Source: Camelus dromedarius
Taxonomy: Eukaryota
Reading direction: 5' to 3'
Length of the DNA: 64,000 bases
Assembly: GCF_036321535.1 (NCBI RefSeq)
Contig: NC_087436.1
Coordinates: 1,860,001 to 1,924,000, forward strand
The notes beneath the pieces were generated by a model. That model worked only from the letters and a program-made list of their open reading frames with translations. It was not told the DNA's origin and ran no database searches. The number at the start of each line of letters is the position of its first letter. Position 1 is the first letter of the stretch. Below, in pieces: positions 13,901 through 26,300 of this stretch. Made by a program: the position numbers and the translations under genes.

Positions 13901-14840
13901 GAGAAACTCTTACTCTGGTTTCTCAGTCTGTTTCCTAGTGCCAGTTTGAAGTTCCTGCAGTTTTCACTGTAAAACCGATTTGGAGCTAGTACCTCCCCAT
14001 ATATATGTATGGAGTGGAGTTTGCAACTGAAAAGAAACTTTGTGTTACCTAGAAGCTAGGTGAAGGACGGCTTTCACACACACTTATCTCTCAGAACTGA
14101 GCATGTGGAGAGACGTTCGTTCATCTAGCACAAAGGGAACGGGTTGCAGAAGAAACTTTTTCTCTGTATTCTCAGTCTGTTTCCTAGTGCCGGTTTGAAG
14201 TACCTGCTGTTTTCACTGTAAAACCGAGTTGGGGCTTGTACCTACCCATATATATGTATTTAGTGGAGTTTGCATCTGAAAAGAAACATTGTGTTCCCCA
14301 CAAGGTAGGTGAAGGACGGCTTTCACACACACTTATCTCTCAGAACTGAGCATGTGGAGAGACGTTCGTTCATCTAGCACAAAGGGAACGGGTTGCAGGA
14401 GAAACTTTTACTCTGGTTTCTCAGTCTGTTTCCTAGTGCCGGTTTGAAGTTCCTGCAGTTTTCACTGTAAAACCGAGTTGGAGCTAGTACCTCCTCATAT
14501 ATATGTATGGAGTGGAGTTTGCAACTGAAAAGAAACTTTGTGTTCCCAACAAGCTAGGTGAAGGACGGCTTTCACACACACATATCTCTCAGAACTTAGC
14601 ATGTGGAGAGTCGTTCGTTCATAAATCACAAAGGGAACGGGTTGCAGGAGAAACTTTTACTCTGTTTCTCAGTCTGTTTCCTAGTGCCGGTTTGAAGTTC
14701 CTGCAGTTTTCACTGTAAAACCGAGTTGGGGCTAGTACCTCCCCATATATATGTATGGAGTGGATTTTGCAACTGAAAAGAAACTTTGTGTTCCCAACAA
14801 GCTAGGTGAAGGACGGCTTTCACACACAATTAAATTTCAG
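10960..14840. repeat. Local higher-order repeat: 6-mer, 4-mer, 6-mer
   Basis: Private variant CTGCAGGTTTCAC at 10971, 12463 and 13457 (spacings 1492, 994). Near-identical ORFs at 12017, 13011 and 14503 (spacings 994, 1492). Confidence 0.88.
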
Positions 14841-17399
14841 ATCTGATCATGTGGAGAGACCTTCGTTTATAAAGCACAAAGGGAACGGGTTGCAGGAGAA
14901 AGTTTTACTCTGTTTCTCAGTCTGTTTCCTAGTGCCGGTTTGAAGTTCCTGCAGTTTTCACTGTAAAACCGAGTTGGACCTAGTACCTCCCCATATATAT
15001 GTATGGAGTGGAGTTGGCAACTGAAAAGTAACTTTGTGTTCCCAACAAGCTAGGTGAAGGACGGCTTTCACACACACTTATCTCTCAGAAATGTGCATGT
15101 GGAGAGACGTTCGTTCATCTAGCACAAAGGGAACGGGTTGCAGGAGAAACTTTTACTCTGGTTTCTCAGTCTGTTTCCTAGTGCCGGTTTGAAGTTCCTG
15201 CATATTTCACTGTAAAACCGTGTTGGAGCTAGTACCTCCCCATGTATATTTATGGAGAGGAGTTTACAACTGAAAAGAAACTTTGTGTTCCCAAGAAGCT
15301 AGGTGAAGGACGGCTTTCACACACAATTATCTCTCAGAACTGAGCATGTGGAGAGTCGTTCGTTCATCTAGCACAAAGGGAACGGGTTCCAGGAGAAACA
15401 TTTACTCTGGTTTCTCAGTCTGTTTCCTATTGCCGGTTTGAAGTTAATGAAGATTTCACTGTAAAACCGAGTTGGAGCTAGTACCTCCCCATATATATGT
15501 ATGGAGTGGAGTTTGCAACTGAAAAGAAACATGTGTTCCCAACAAGCTAGTTGAAGTACGGCTTTCACACACACTTATCTCTCAGAAATGAGCATGTGGA
15601 GAGACGTTCGTTCATCAAGCACAAAGGGAACGGGTTGCAGGAGAAACTTTTACTCTGTTTCTCAGTCTGTTTCCTAGTGCCGGTTTGAAGATCCTGCAGT
15701 TTTCACTGTAAAACCGAGTTGGAGCTAGTACCTCCCCATATATATGTATGGAGTGGAGTTTGCAACTGAAAAGAAACTTTGTGTTCCCAACAAGCTAGGT
15801 GAAGGACGGCTTTCAGACACAATTATCTCTCAGAATTGAGCATGTGGAGAGTCATTCGTTCATCTAGCACAAAGGGAACGGTTTGCAGGAGAAACTTTTT
15901 CTCTGGATTCTCAGTCTGTTTCCTAGTGCCGGGTTGAAGTTCCTGCAGTTTTCACTGTAAAACAGTGTTTGGGCTTGTACCTCCCCAAATATATATATGG
16001 AGTGGAATTTGCAACTGAAAAGAAACTTTGTGTTCCCAACAAGCTATGTGAAGGACGGCTTTCACACACACTTATCTCTCAGAACTGAGCATGTGGAGAG
16101 ACGTTCGTTCACCTAGCAAAAATGGAACGAGTTGCAGGAGTAACTATTACTCTGGTTTCTCAGTCTGTTTCCTAGTGCCATTTTGAAGTTCTTGCAGTTT
16201 TCACTGTAATATCGAGTTGGAGCTAGTACCTCCCCATAAATATGTGTGGAGTGGAATTTGCAACTGAAAAGAAACTTTGTGTTCCCAACAAGCTAGGTGA
16301 AGGACGGCTTTCACACACAATTATCTCTCAGAACTGAGCATGTGAAGAGTCGTTCGTTCATTTAGCACAAAGGGAACGGGTTTCAGGAGAAACATTTACT
16401 CTGGTTTCTCAGTCTGTTTCCTATTGCCGGTTTGAAGTTAATGAAGATTTCACTGTAAAACCGAGTTGGAGCTAGTACTTCCCCATATATATGTATGGAG
16501 TTGGGTTTGCAACTGAAAAGAAACATGTGTTCCCAACAAGCAAGTTGAAGGACGGCTTTCACACACACTTATCTCTCAGAAATGAGCATGTGGAGAGACG
16601 TTCGTTCATCAAGCACAAAGGGAACGGGTTGCAGGAGAAACTTTTACTCTGGATTCTCAGTCTGTTTCCTAGTGCCGGTTTGAAGTTCCTGCAGTTTTCA
16701 CTGTAAAACCGAGTTGGAGCTAGTACCAACCCATATATATGTATGGAGTGGAGTTTGCAACTGAAAAGAAACTTTGTGTTCCCAACAAGCTAGGTGAAGG
16801 ACGGCTTTCACACACACTTAACTCTCAGAAATGAGCATGTGGAGAGACGTTCGTTCATCTAGCAAAAAGGGAACAGGTTGCAGGAGAAACTCTTACTCTG
16901 GTTTCTCAGTCTGTTTCCTAGTGCCAGTTTGAAGTTCCTGCAGTTTTCACTGTAAAACCGATTTGGAGCTAGTACCTCCCCATATATATGTATGGAGTGG
17001 AGTTTGCAACTGAAAAGAAACTTTGTGTTCCCAACAAGCTAGGTGAAGGATGGCTTTCAGACACAATTATCTCTCAGAATTGAGCATGTGGAGAGTCATT
17101 CGTTCATCTAGCACAAAGGGAACGGTTTGCAGGAGAAACTTTTTCTCTGGATTCTCAGTCTGTTTCCTAGTGCCGTTTTGAAGTTCCTGCAGTTTTCATT
17201 GTAAAACCGAGTTGGGGCTAGTACCTACCCTTATATATGTATGGAATGGAGTTTGCATCTGAAAAGAAACTTTGTGTTCCCAACAAGGTAGTTGAAGACG
17301 GCTTTCACACACACTTATCTCTCAGAACTGAGCATGTGAAGAGAGGTTCGTTCATCTAGCACAAAGGGAACGGGTTGCAGGAGAAAGTTATTCTCTGGA

Positions 17400-20300
17400 T
17401 TCTCAGTCTGTTTCCTAGTGCCGGGTTGAAGTTCCTGCAGTTTTCACTGTAAAACAGAGTTTGGGCTTGTACCTCCCCAAATATATATATGGAGTGGAAT
17501 TTGCAACTGAAAAGAAACTTTGTGTTCCCAACAAGATATGTGAAGGACGGCTTTCACACACAATTATCTCTCAGAACTGAGCATGTGGGGAGACGTTCGT
17601 TCACCTAGCAAAAATGGAACGAGTTGCAGGAGTAACTTTTACTCTGGTTTCTCAGTCTGTTTCCTAGTGCCATTTTGAAGTTCTTGCAGTTTTCACTGTA
17701 ATATCGAGTTGGAGCTAGTACCTCCCCATAAATATGTGTGGAGTGGAATTTGCAACTGAAAAGAAACTTTGTGTTCCCAACAAGCTAGGTGAAGGACGGC
17801 TTTCACACACAATTATCTCTCAGAACTGAGCATGTGGAGAGTCGTTCGTTCATTTAGCACAAAGGGAACGGGTTTCAGGAGAAACATTTACTCTGGTTTC
17901 TCAGTCTGTTTCCTATTGCCGGTTTGAAGTTAATGAAGATTTCACTGTAAAACCGAGTTGGAGCTAGTACTTCCCCATATATATGTATGGAGTTGGGTTT
18001 GCAACTGAAAAGAAACATGTGTTCCCAACAAGTAAGTTGAAGGACGGCTTTCACACACACTTATCTCTCAGAAATGAGCATGTGGAGAGACGTTCGTTCA
18101 TCAAGCACAAAGGGAACGGGTTGCAGGAGAAACTTTTACTCTGGATTCTCAGTCTGTTTCCTAGTGCCGGTTTGAAGTTCCTGCAGTTTTCACTGTAAAA
18201 CCGAGTTGGAGCTAGTACCAACCCATATATATGTATGGAGAGGAGTTTGCAACTGAAAAGAAACTTTGTGTTCCCAACAAGGTAGGTGAAGGACGGCTTT
18301 CACACACACTTACCTCTCAGAAATGAGCATGTGGAGAGACGTTCGTTCATCTAGCAAAAAGGGAACAGTTTGCAGGAGAAACTCTTACTCTGGTTTCTCA
18401 GTCTGTTTCCTAGTGCCAGTTGGAAGTTCCTGAAGTTTTCACTGTAAAACCGATTTGGAGCTAGTACCTCCCCATATATATGTATGGAGTGGAGTTTGCA
18501 ACTGAAAAGAAACTTTGTGTTACCAAGAAGCTAGGTGAAGGACGGCTTTCACACACACTTATCTCTCAGAACTTAGCATGTGGAGAGACGTTCGTTCATC
18601 TAGCACAAAGGGAACGGGTTGCAGAAGAAACTTTTTCTCTGTATTCTCAGTCTGTTTCCTAGTGCCGGTTTGAAGTACCTGCTGTTTTCACTGTAAAACC
18701 GAGTTGGGGCTTGTACCTACCCATATATATGTATGTAGTGGAGTTTGCATCTGGAAAGAAACATTGTGTTCCCCACAAGGTAGGTGAAGGACGGCTTTCA
18801 CACACACTAATCTCTCAGAACTGAGCATGTGGAGAGACGTTCGTTCATCTAGCACAAAGGGAACGGTTTGCAGGAGAAACTTTTACTCTGGTTTCTCAGT
18901 CTGTTTCCTAGTGCCGGTTTGAAGTTCCTGCAGTTTTCATTGTAAAACCGAGTTGGGTCTAGTACCTCCTCATATATATGTATGGAGTGGAGTTTGCAAC
19001 TGAAAAGAAACTTTGTGTTCCCAACAAGCTAGGTGAAGGACGGCTTTCACACACAATTAAATCTCAGAACTGAGCATGTTTAGAGACGTTCGTTCATAAA
19101 TCACAAAAGGAACGGGTTGCAGGAGAAACTTTTACTCTGTTTCTCAGTCTGTTTCCTAGTGCCGGTTTGAAGTTCCTGCAGTTTTCACTGTAAAACCGAG
19201 TTGGAGCTAGTACCTCCCCATATATATGTATGGATTGGAGTTTGCAACTGAAAAGAAACTTTGTGTTCCCAACAAGCTAGGTGAAGTACAGCTTTCACAC
19301 ACACTTATCTCTCAGAAATGAGCATGTGGAGAGACGTTCGTTCATCTAGCACAAAGGGAACGGGTTTCAGGAGAAACTTTTACTCTGGTATCTCAGTCTG
19401 TTTCCTAGTGCCGGATTGAAGTTCCTGCAGTTTTCACTGTAAAACCGAGTTGGAGCTAGTACCTCCCAATATACATTTATGGAGTGGAGTTTGCAACTGC
19501 AAAGAAACTTTGTGTTCCCAAAATGCTAGGTGAAGGACGGCTTTCACACACACTTATCTCTCAGAACTGAGCATGTGGAGAGACGTTCGTTCACCTAGGA
19601 AAAAGGGAACGAGTTGCAGGTGTAACTTTTACTCTGGTTTCTCAGTAAGTTTCCTAGTGCCATTTGGAAGTTCTTGCAGTTTTCACTGTAATACCGAGTT
19701 GGAGCTAGTACTTCCCATAAATATGTGTGAAATGGATTTTGCAACTGAAAAGAAACTTTGTGTTCCCAACAAGCTAGGTGAAGGACGGCTTTCACACACA
19801 CTTATCTCTCAGCACTGAGCATGTGGAGAGACGTTCGTTTATAAAGCACAAAGGGAACGGTTTGCAGGAGAAACTTTTACTCTATTTCTCAGTCTGTTTC
19901 CTAGTGCCGGTTTGAAGTTCCTGCAGTTTTCACTGTAAAACTGAGTTGGAGCTAGTACCTCCCCATATATATGTATGGAGTGGAGTTTGCAACTGAAAAG
20001 AAACTTTGTGTTCCCAACAAGCTAGGTGAAGGACGGCTTTCACACACACTTATCTCTCAGAAATGAGCATGTGGAGAGACGTTCGTTCATCTAGCTCATA
20101 GGGAACGGGTTGCAGGATAAACTTTTACTCTGGTTTCTCAGTCTGTTTCCTAGTGCCGGTTTGAAGTTCCTGCAGTTTTCACTGTAAAAACGTGTTGGAG
20201 CTAGTACCTCCCCATATATATTTATGGAGAGGAGTTTGCAACTGAAAAGAAACTTTGTGTTCCCAACAAGCTAGGTGAAGTGCGGCTTTCACACCCAATT

Positions 20301-23300
20301 ATCTCTCAGAACTGAGCATGTGGAGAGTCATTCTTTCATCTAGCACAAAGGGAAAGGTTTGCAGGAGAAACTTTTACTCTGGTTTCTCAGTCTGTTTCCT
20401 AGTGCCGGTTTGAAGTTCCTGCAGTTTTCAGTGTAAAACCGAGTTGGAGCTAGTACTTCCCCATATATATGTATGGAGTGGAGTTTGCAACTGAAAAGGA
20501 ACTTTGTGTTCCCAACAAGTTAGGTGAAGGACGGCTTTCACACACAATTAACTCTCAGAACTGAGCATGTGGAGAGACGTTCGTTCATAAAGCACAAAGG
20601 GAACGGGATTCAGGAGAAACTTTTACTCTGCTTCTCAGTCTGTTTCCTAGTGCCGTTTTGAAGTTCCTGCAGTTTTCACTGTAAAACCGAGTTGGAGCTA
20701 GTACCTCCCCATATGTATGTATGGAGTGGAGTTTGCAACTGAAAAGAAACTTTGTGTTCCCAACAAGCTAGGTGAAGGACCGGTTTCAGACACAATTATC
20801 TCTCAGAATTGAGCATGTGGAGAGTCATTCGTTCATCTAGCACAAAGTGAACGGTTTGCAGGAGAAACTTTTTCTCTGGATTCTCAGTCTGTTTCCTAGT
20901 TCCGGTTTGAAGTTCCTGCAGTTTTCATTGTAAAACCGAGTTGGGGCTATTACCTACCCTTATATATGTATGGAATGGAGTTTGCATCTGAAAAGAAACT
21001 TTGTGTTCCCAACAAGGTAGTTGAAGAAGGCTTTCACACACACTTATCTCTCAGAACTGAGCATGTGAAGAGAGGTTCGTTCATCTAGCACAAAGGGAAC
21101 GGGTTGCAGGAGAAAGTTATTCTCTGGATTCTCAGTCTGTTTCCTAGTGCCGGGTTGAAGTTCCTGCAGTTTTCACTGTAAAACAGAGTTTGGGCTTGTA
21201 CCTCCCCAAATATATATATGGAGTGGAATTTGCAACTGAAAAGTAACTTTGTGTTCCCAACAAGCTATGTGAAGGACGGCTTTCACACACACTTATCTCT
21301 CAGAACTGAGCATGTGGAGAGACGTTCGTTCACCTAGCAAAAATGGAACGAGTTGCAGGAGTAACTATTACTCTGGTTTCTCAGTCTGTTTCCTAGTGCC
21401 ATTTTGAAGTTCTTGCAGTTTTCACTGTAATACCGAGTTGGAGCTAGTACCTCCCCATAAATATGTGTGGAGTGGAATTTGCAACTGAAAAGAAACTTTG
21501 TGTTCCCACCAAGCTAGGTGAAGGACGGCTTTCACACACAATTATCTCTCAGAACTGAGCATGTGGAGAGTCGTTCGTTCATTTAGCACAAAGGGAACGG
21601 GTTGCAGGAGAAAGTTATTCTCTGGATTCTCAGTCTGTTTCCTAGTGCCGGGTTGAAGTTCCTGCAGTTTTCACTGTAAAACAGAGTTTGGGCTTGTACC
21701 TCCCCAAATATATATATGGAGTGGAATTTGCAACTGAAAAGAAACTTTGTGTTCCCAACAAGATATGTGAAGGACGGCTTTCACACACAATTATCTCTCA
21801 GAACTGAGCATGTGGGGAGACGTTCGTTCACCTAGCAAAAATGGAACGAGTTGCAGGAGTAACTTTTACTCTGGTTTCTCAGTCTGTTTCCTAGTGCCAT
21901 TTTGAAGTTCTTGCAGTTTTCACTGTAATATCGAGTTGGAGCTAGTACCTCCCCATAAATATGTGTGGAGTGGAATTTGCAACTGAAAAGAAACTTTGTG
22001 TTCCCAACAAGCTAGGTGAAGGACGGCTTTCACACACAATTATCTCTCAGAACTGAGCATGTGGAGAGTCGTTCGTTCATTTAGCACAAAGGGAACGGGT
22101 TTCAGGAGAAACATTTACTCTGGTTTCTCAGTCTGTTTCCTATTGCCGGTTTGAAGTTAATGAAGATTTCACTGTAAAACCGAGTTGGAGCTAGTACTTC
22201 CCCATATATATGTATGGAGTTGGGTTTGCAACTGAAAAGAAACATGTGTTCCCAACAAGTAAGTTGAAGGACGGCTTTCACACACACTTATCTCTCAGAA
22301 ATGAGCATGTGGAGAGACGTTCGTTCATCAAGCACAAAGGGAACGGGTTGCAGGAGAAACTTTTACTCTGGATTCTCAGTCTGTTTCCTAGTGCCGGTTT
22401 GAAGTTCCTGCAGTTTTCACTGTAAAACCGAGTTGGAGCTAGTACCAACCCATATATATGTATGGAGTGGAGTTTGCAACTGAAAAGAAACTTTGTGTTC
22501 CCAACAAGGTAGGTGAAGGACGGCTTTCACACACACTTACCTCTCAGAAATGAGCATGTGGAGAGACGTTCGTTCATCTAGCAAAAAGGGAACAGTTTGC
22601 AGGAGAAACTCTTACTCTGGTTTCTCAGTCTGTTTCCTAGTGCCAGTTGGAAGTTCCTGAAGTTTTCACTGTAAAACCGATTTGGAGCTAGTACCTCCCC
22701 ATATATATGTATGGAGTGGAGTTTGCAACTGAAAAGAAACTTTGTGTTACCAAGAAGCTAGGTGAAGGACGGCTTTCACACACACTTATCTCTCAGAACT
22801 TAGCATGTGGAGAGACGTTCGTTCATCTAGCACAAAGGGAACGGGTTGCAGAAGAAACTTTTTCTCTGTATTCTCAGTCTGTTTCCTAGTGCCGGTTTGA
22901 AGTACCTGCTGTTTTCACTGTAAAACCGAGTTGGGGCTTGTACCTACCCATATATATGTATTTAGTGGAGTTTGCATCTGGAAAGAAACATTGTGTTCCC
23001 CACAAGGTAGGTGAAGGACGGCTTTCACACACACTAATCTCTCAGAACTGAGCATGTGGAGAGACGTTCGTTCATCTAGCACAAAGGGAACGGGTTGCAG
23101 GAGAAACTTTTACTCTGGTTTCTCAGTCTGTTTCCTAGTGCCGGTTTGAAGTTCCTGCAGTTTTCATTGTAAAACCGAGTTGGGTCTAGTACCTCCTCAT
23201 ATATATGTATGGAGTGGAGTTTGCAACTGAAAAGAAACTTTGTGTTCCCAACAAGCTAGGTGAAGGACGGCTTTCACACACAATTAAATCTCAGAACTGA

Positions 23301-26300
23301 GCATGTTTAGAGACGTTCGTTCATAAATCACAAAAGGAACGGGTTGCAGGAGAAACTTTTACTCTGTTTCTCAGTCTGTTTCCTAGTGCCGGTTTGAAGT
23401 TCCTGCAGTTTTCACTGTAAAACCGAGTTGGAGCTAGTACCTCCCCATATATATGTATGGATTGGAGTTTGCAACTGAAAAGAAACTTTGTGTTCCCAAC
23501 AAGCTAGGTGAAGTACAGCTTTCACACACACTTATCTCTCAGAAATGAGCATGTGGAGAGACGTTCGTTCATCTAGCACAAAGGGAACGGGTTTCAGGAG
23601 AAACTTTTACTCTGGTATCTCAGTCTGTTTCCTAGTGCCGGATTGAAGTTCCTGCAGTTTTCACTGTAAAACCGAGTTGGAGCTAGTACCTCCCAATATA
23701 CATTTATGGAGTGGAGTTTGCAACTGCAAAGAAACTTTGTGTTCCCAAAATGCTAGGTGAAGGACGGCTTTCACACACACTTATCTCTCAGAACTGAGCA
23801 TGTGGAGAGACGTTCGTTCACCTAGGAAAAAGGGAACGAGTTGCAGGTGTAACTTTTACTCTGGTTTCTCAGTAAGTTTCCTAGTGCCATTTGGAAGTTC
23901 TTGCAGTTTTCACTGTAATACCGAGTTGGAGCTAGTACTTCCCATAAATATGTGTGAAATGGATTTTGCAACTGAAAAGAAACTTTGTGTTCCCAACAAG
24001 CTAGGTGAAGGACGGCTTTCACACACACTTATCTCTCAGCACTGAGCATGTGGAGAGACGTTCGTTTATAAAGCACAAAGGGAACGGTTTGCAGGAGAAA
24101 CTTTTACTCTATTTCTCAGTCTGTTTCCTAGTGCCGGTTTGAAGTTCCTGCAGTTTTCACTGTAAAACTGAGTTGGAGCTAGTACCTCCCCATATATATG
24201 TATGGAGTGGAGTTTGCAACTGAAAAGAAACTTTGTGTTCCCAACAAGCTAGGTGAAGGACGGCTTTCACACACACTTATCTCTCAGAAATGAGCATGTG
24301 GAGAGACGTTCGTTCATCTAGCTCATAGGGAACGGGTTGCAGGATAAACTTTTACTCTGGTTTCTCAGTCTGTTTCCTAGTGCCGGTTTGAAGTTCCTGC
24401 AGTTTTCACTGTAAAAACGTGTTGGAGCTAGTACCTCCCCATATATATTTATGGAGAGGAGTTTGCAACTGAAAAGAAACTTTGTGTTCCCAACAAGCTA
24501 GGTGAAGTGCGGCTTTCACACCCAATTATCTCTCAGATCTGAGCATGTGGAGAGACGTTCGTTCATCAAGCACAAATGGAATGGGTTGCAGTAGAAACTT
24601 TTACTCTGATTCTCAGTCTTTTTCCTAGTGCTGGTTTGAAGTTCCTGCAGTTTTCACTGTAAAACCGAGTTGGAGCTTTTACCTCCCCATATATATGTAT
24701 GGAGTGGAGTTTGCAAGTGAAAAGAAACTTTGTGTTCCCAACAAGCTAGGTGAAGGACGGCTTTCCCACACACTTATCTCTCAGAAATGAGCATGTGGAG
24801 AGACGTTCGTTTATAAAGCACAAAGGGAACGGGTTGCAGGAGAAAGTTTTACTCTGGTTTCTCAGTCTGTTTCCTAATGCCGGTATGAAGTTCCTGCAGT
24901 TTTCACTGTAAAACCGAGTTGGAGCTAGTACCTCCCCATATATATGAATGGAGTTGAGATTGCAACTGAAAAGAAACTTTGTGTTCCCAACAAGTTAGTT
25001 GAAGGACGGCTTCACACACACTTATCTCTCAGAACTGATCATGTGGAGAGACGTTAGTTCATAAAGCACAAAGGGAACGGGTTGCAGGAGAAATTTTTAC
25101 TGTGTTTCTCAGTCTGTTTCCTAGTGCCGGTTTGAAGTTCCAGCATTTTTCACTGTAAAACCGAGATGGAGCTAGTACCTCCCCATGTATATGTATGGAG
25201 TGGTGTTTGCAACTGAAAAGAAACTTTGTGTTCCCAATAAGTATGGTGAAGGACGGCTTTCACACACACATATCTGTCAGAAATGAGCATGTGGAGAGAC
25301 GTTCGTTCATCTAGCACAAAGGAAACGGGTTGCAGGAGAAACTTTTACTCTGGTTTCTCAGTCTGTTTCCTAGTGCCGGTTTGAATTTCCTGCAGTTTTC
25401 ACTGTAAAACCGAGTTGGAGCTAGTACCTCCCCATATATATGTATGGAGTGGAGTTTGCAACTGAAAAGAAACTTGGTGTTCCCAACAAGCTAGGTGAAG
25501 TGCGGCTTTCACACACACTTATCTCTCAGAACTGAGCATGTGGAGAGACGTTCGTTCATCTAGCACAAAGGGAACGAGTTCCAGGAGAAACATATACTCT
25601 GGTTTCTCAGTCTGTTTCCTAATGCCGGTTTGAAGTTAATGAAGATTTCACTGTAAAACCGAGTTGGAGCTAGTACCTCCCCATATATATGTATGGAGTG
25701 GAGTTTGCAACTGAAAAGAAATATGTGTTCCCAACAAGCTAGTTGAAGTACGGCTTTCACACACACTTATCTCTCAGAAATGAGCATGTGGAGAGACGTT
25801 CGTTCATCAAGCACAAAGGGAACGGGTTGCAGGAGAAACTTTTACTCTGTTTCTCAGTCTGTTTCCTAGTGCCGGTTTGAAGTTCCTGCAGTTTTCACTG
25901 TAAAACCGAGTTGGAGCTAGTACCTCCCCATATGTATGTATGGAGTGGAGTTTGCAACTGAAAAGAAACTTTGTGTTCCCAACAAGCTAGGTGAAGGACC
26001 GGTTTCAGACACAATTATCTCTCAGAATTGAGCATGTGGAGAGTCATTCGTTCATCTAGCACAAAGGGAACGGTTTGCAGGAGAAACTTTTTCTCTGGAT
26101 TCTCAGTCTGTTTCCTAGTTCCGGTTTGAAGTTCCTGCAGTTTTCATTGTAAAACCGAGTTGGGGCTATTACCTACCCTTATATATGTATGGAATGGAGT
26201 TTGCATCTGAAAAGAAACTTTGTGTTCCCAACAAGGTAGTTGAAGAAGGCTTTCACACACACTTATCTCTCAGAACTGAGCATGTGAAGAGAGGTTCGTT

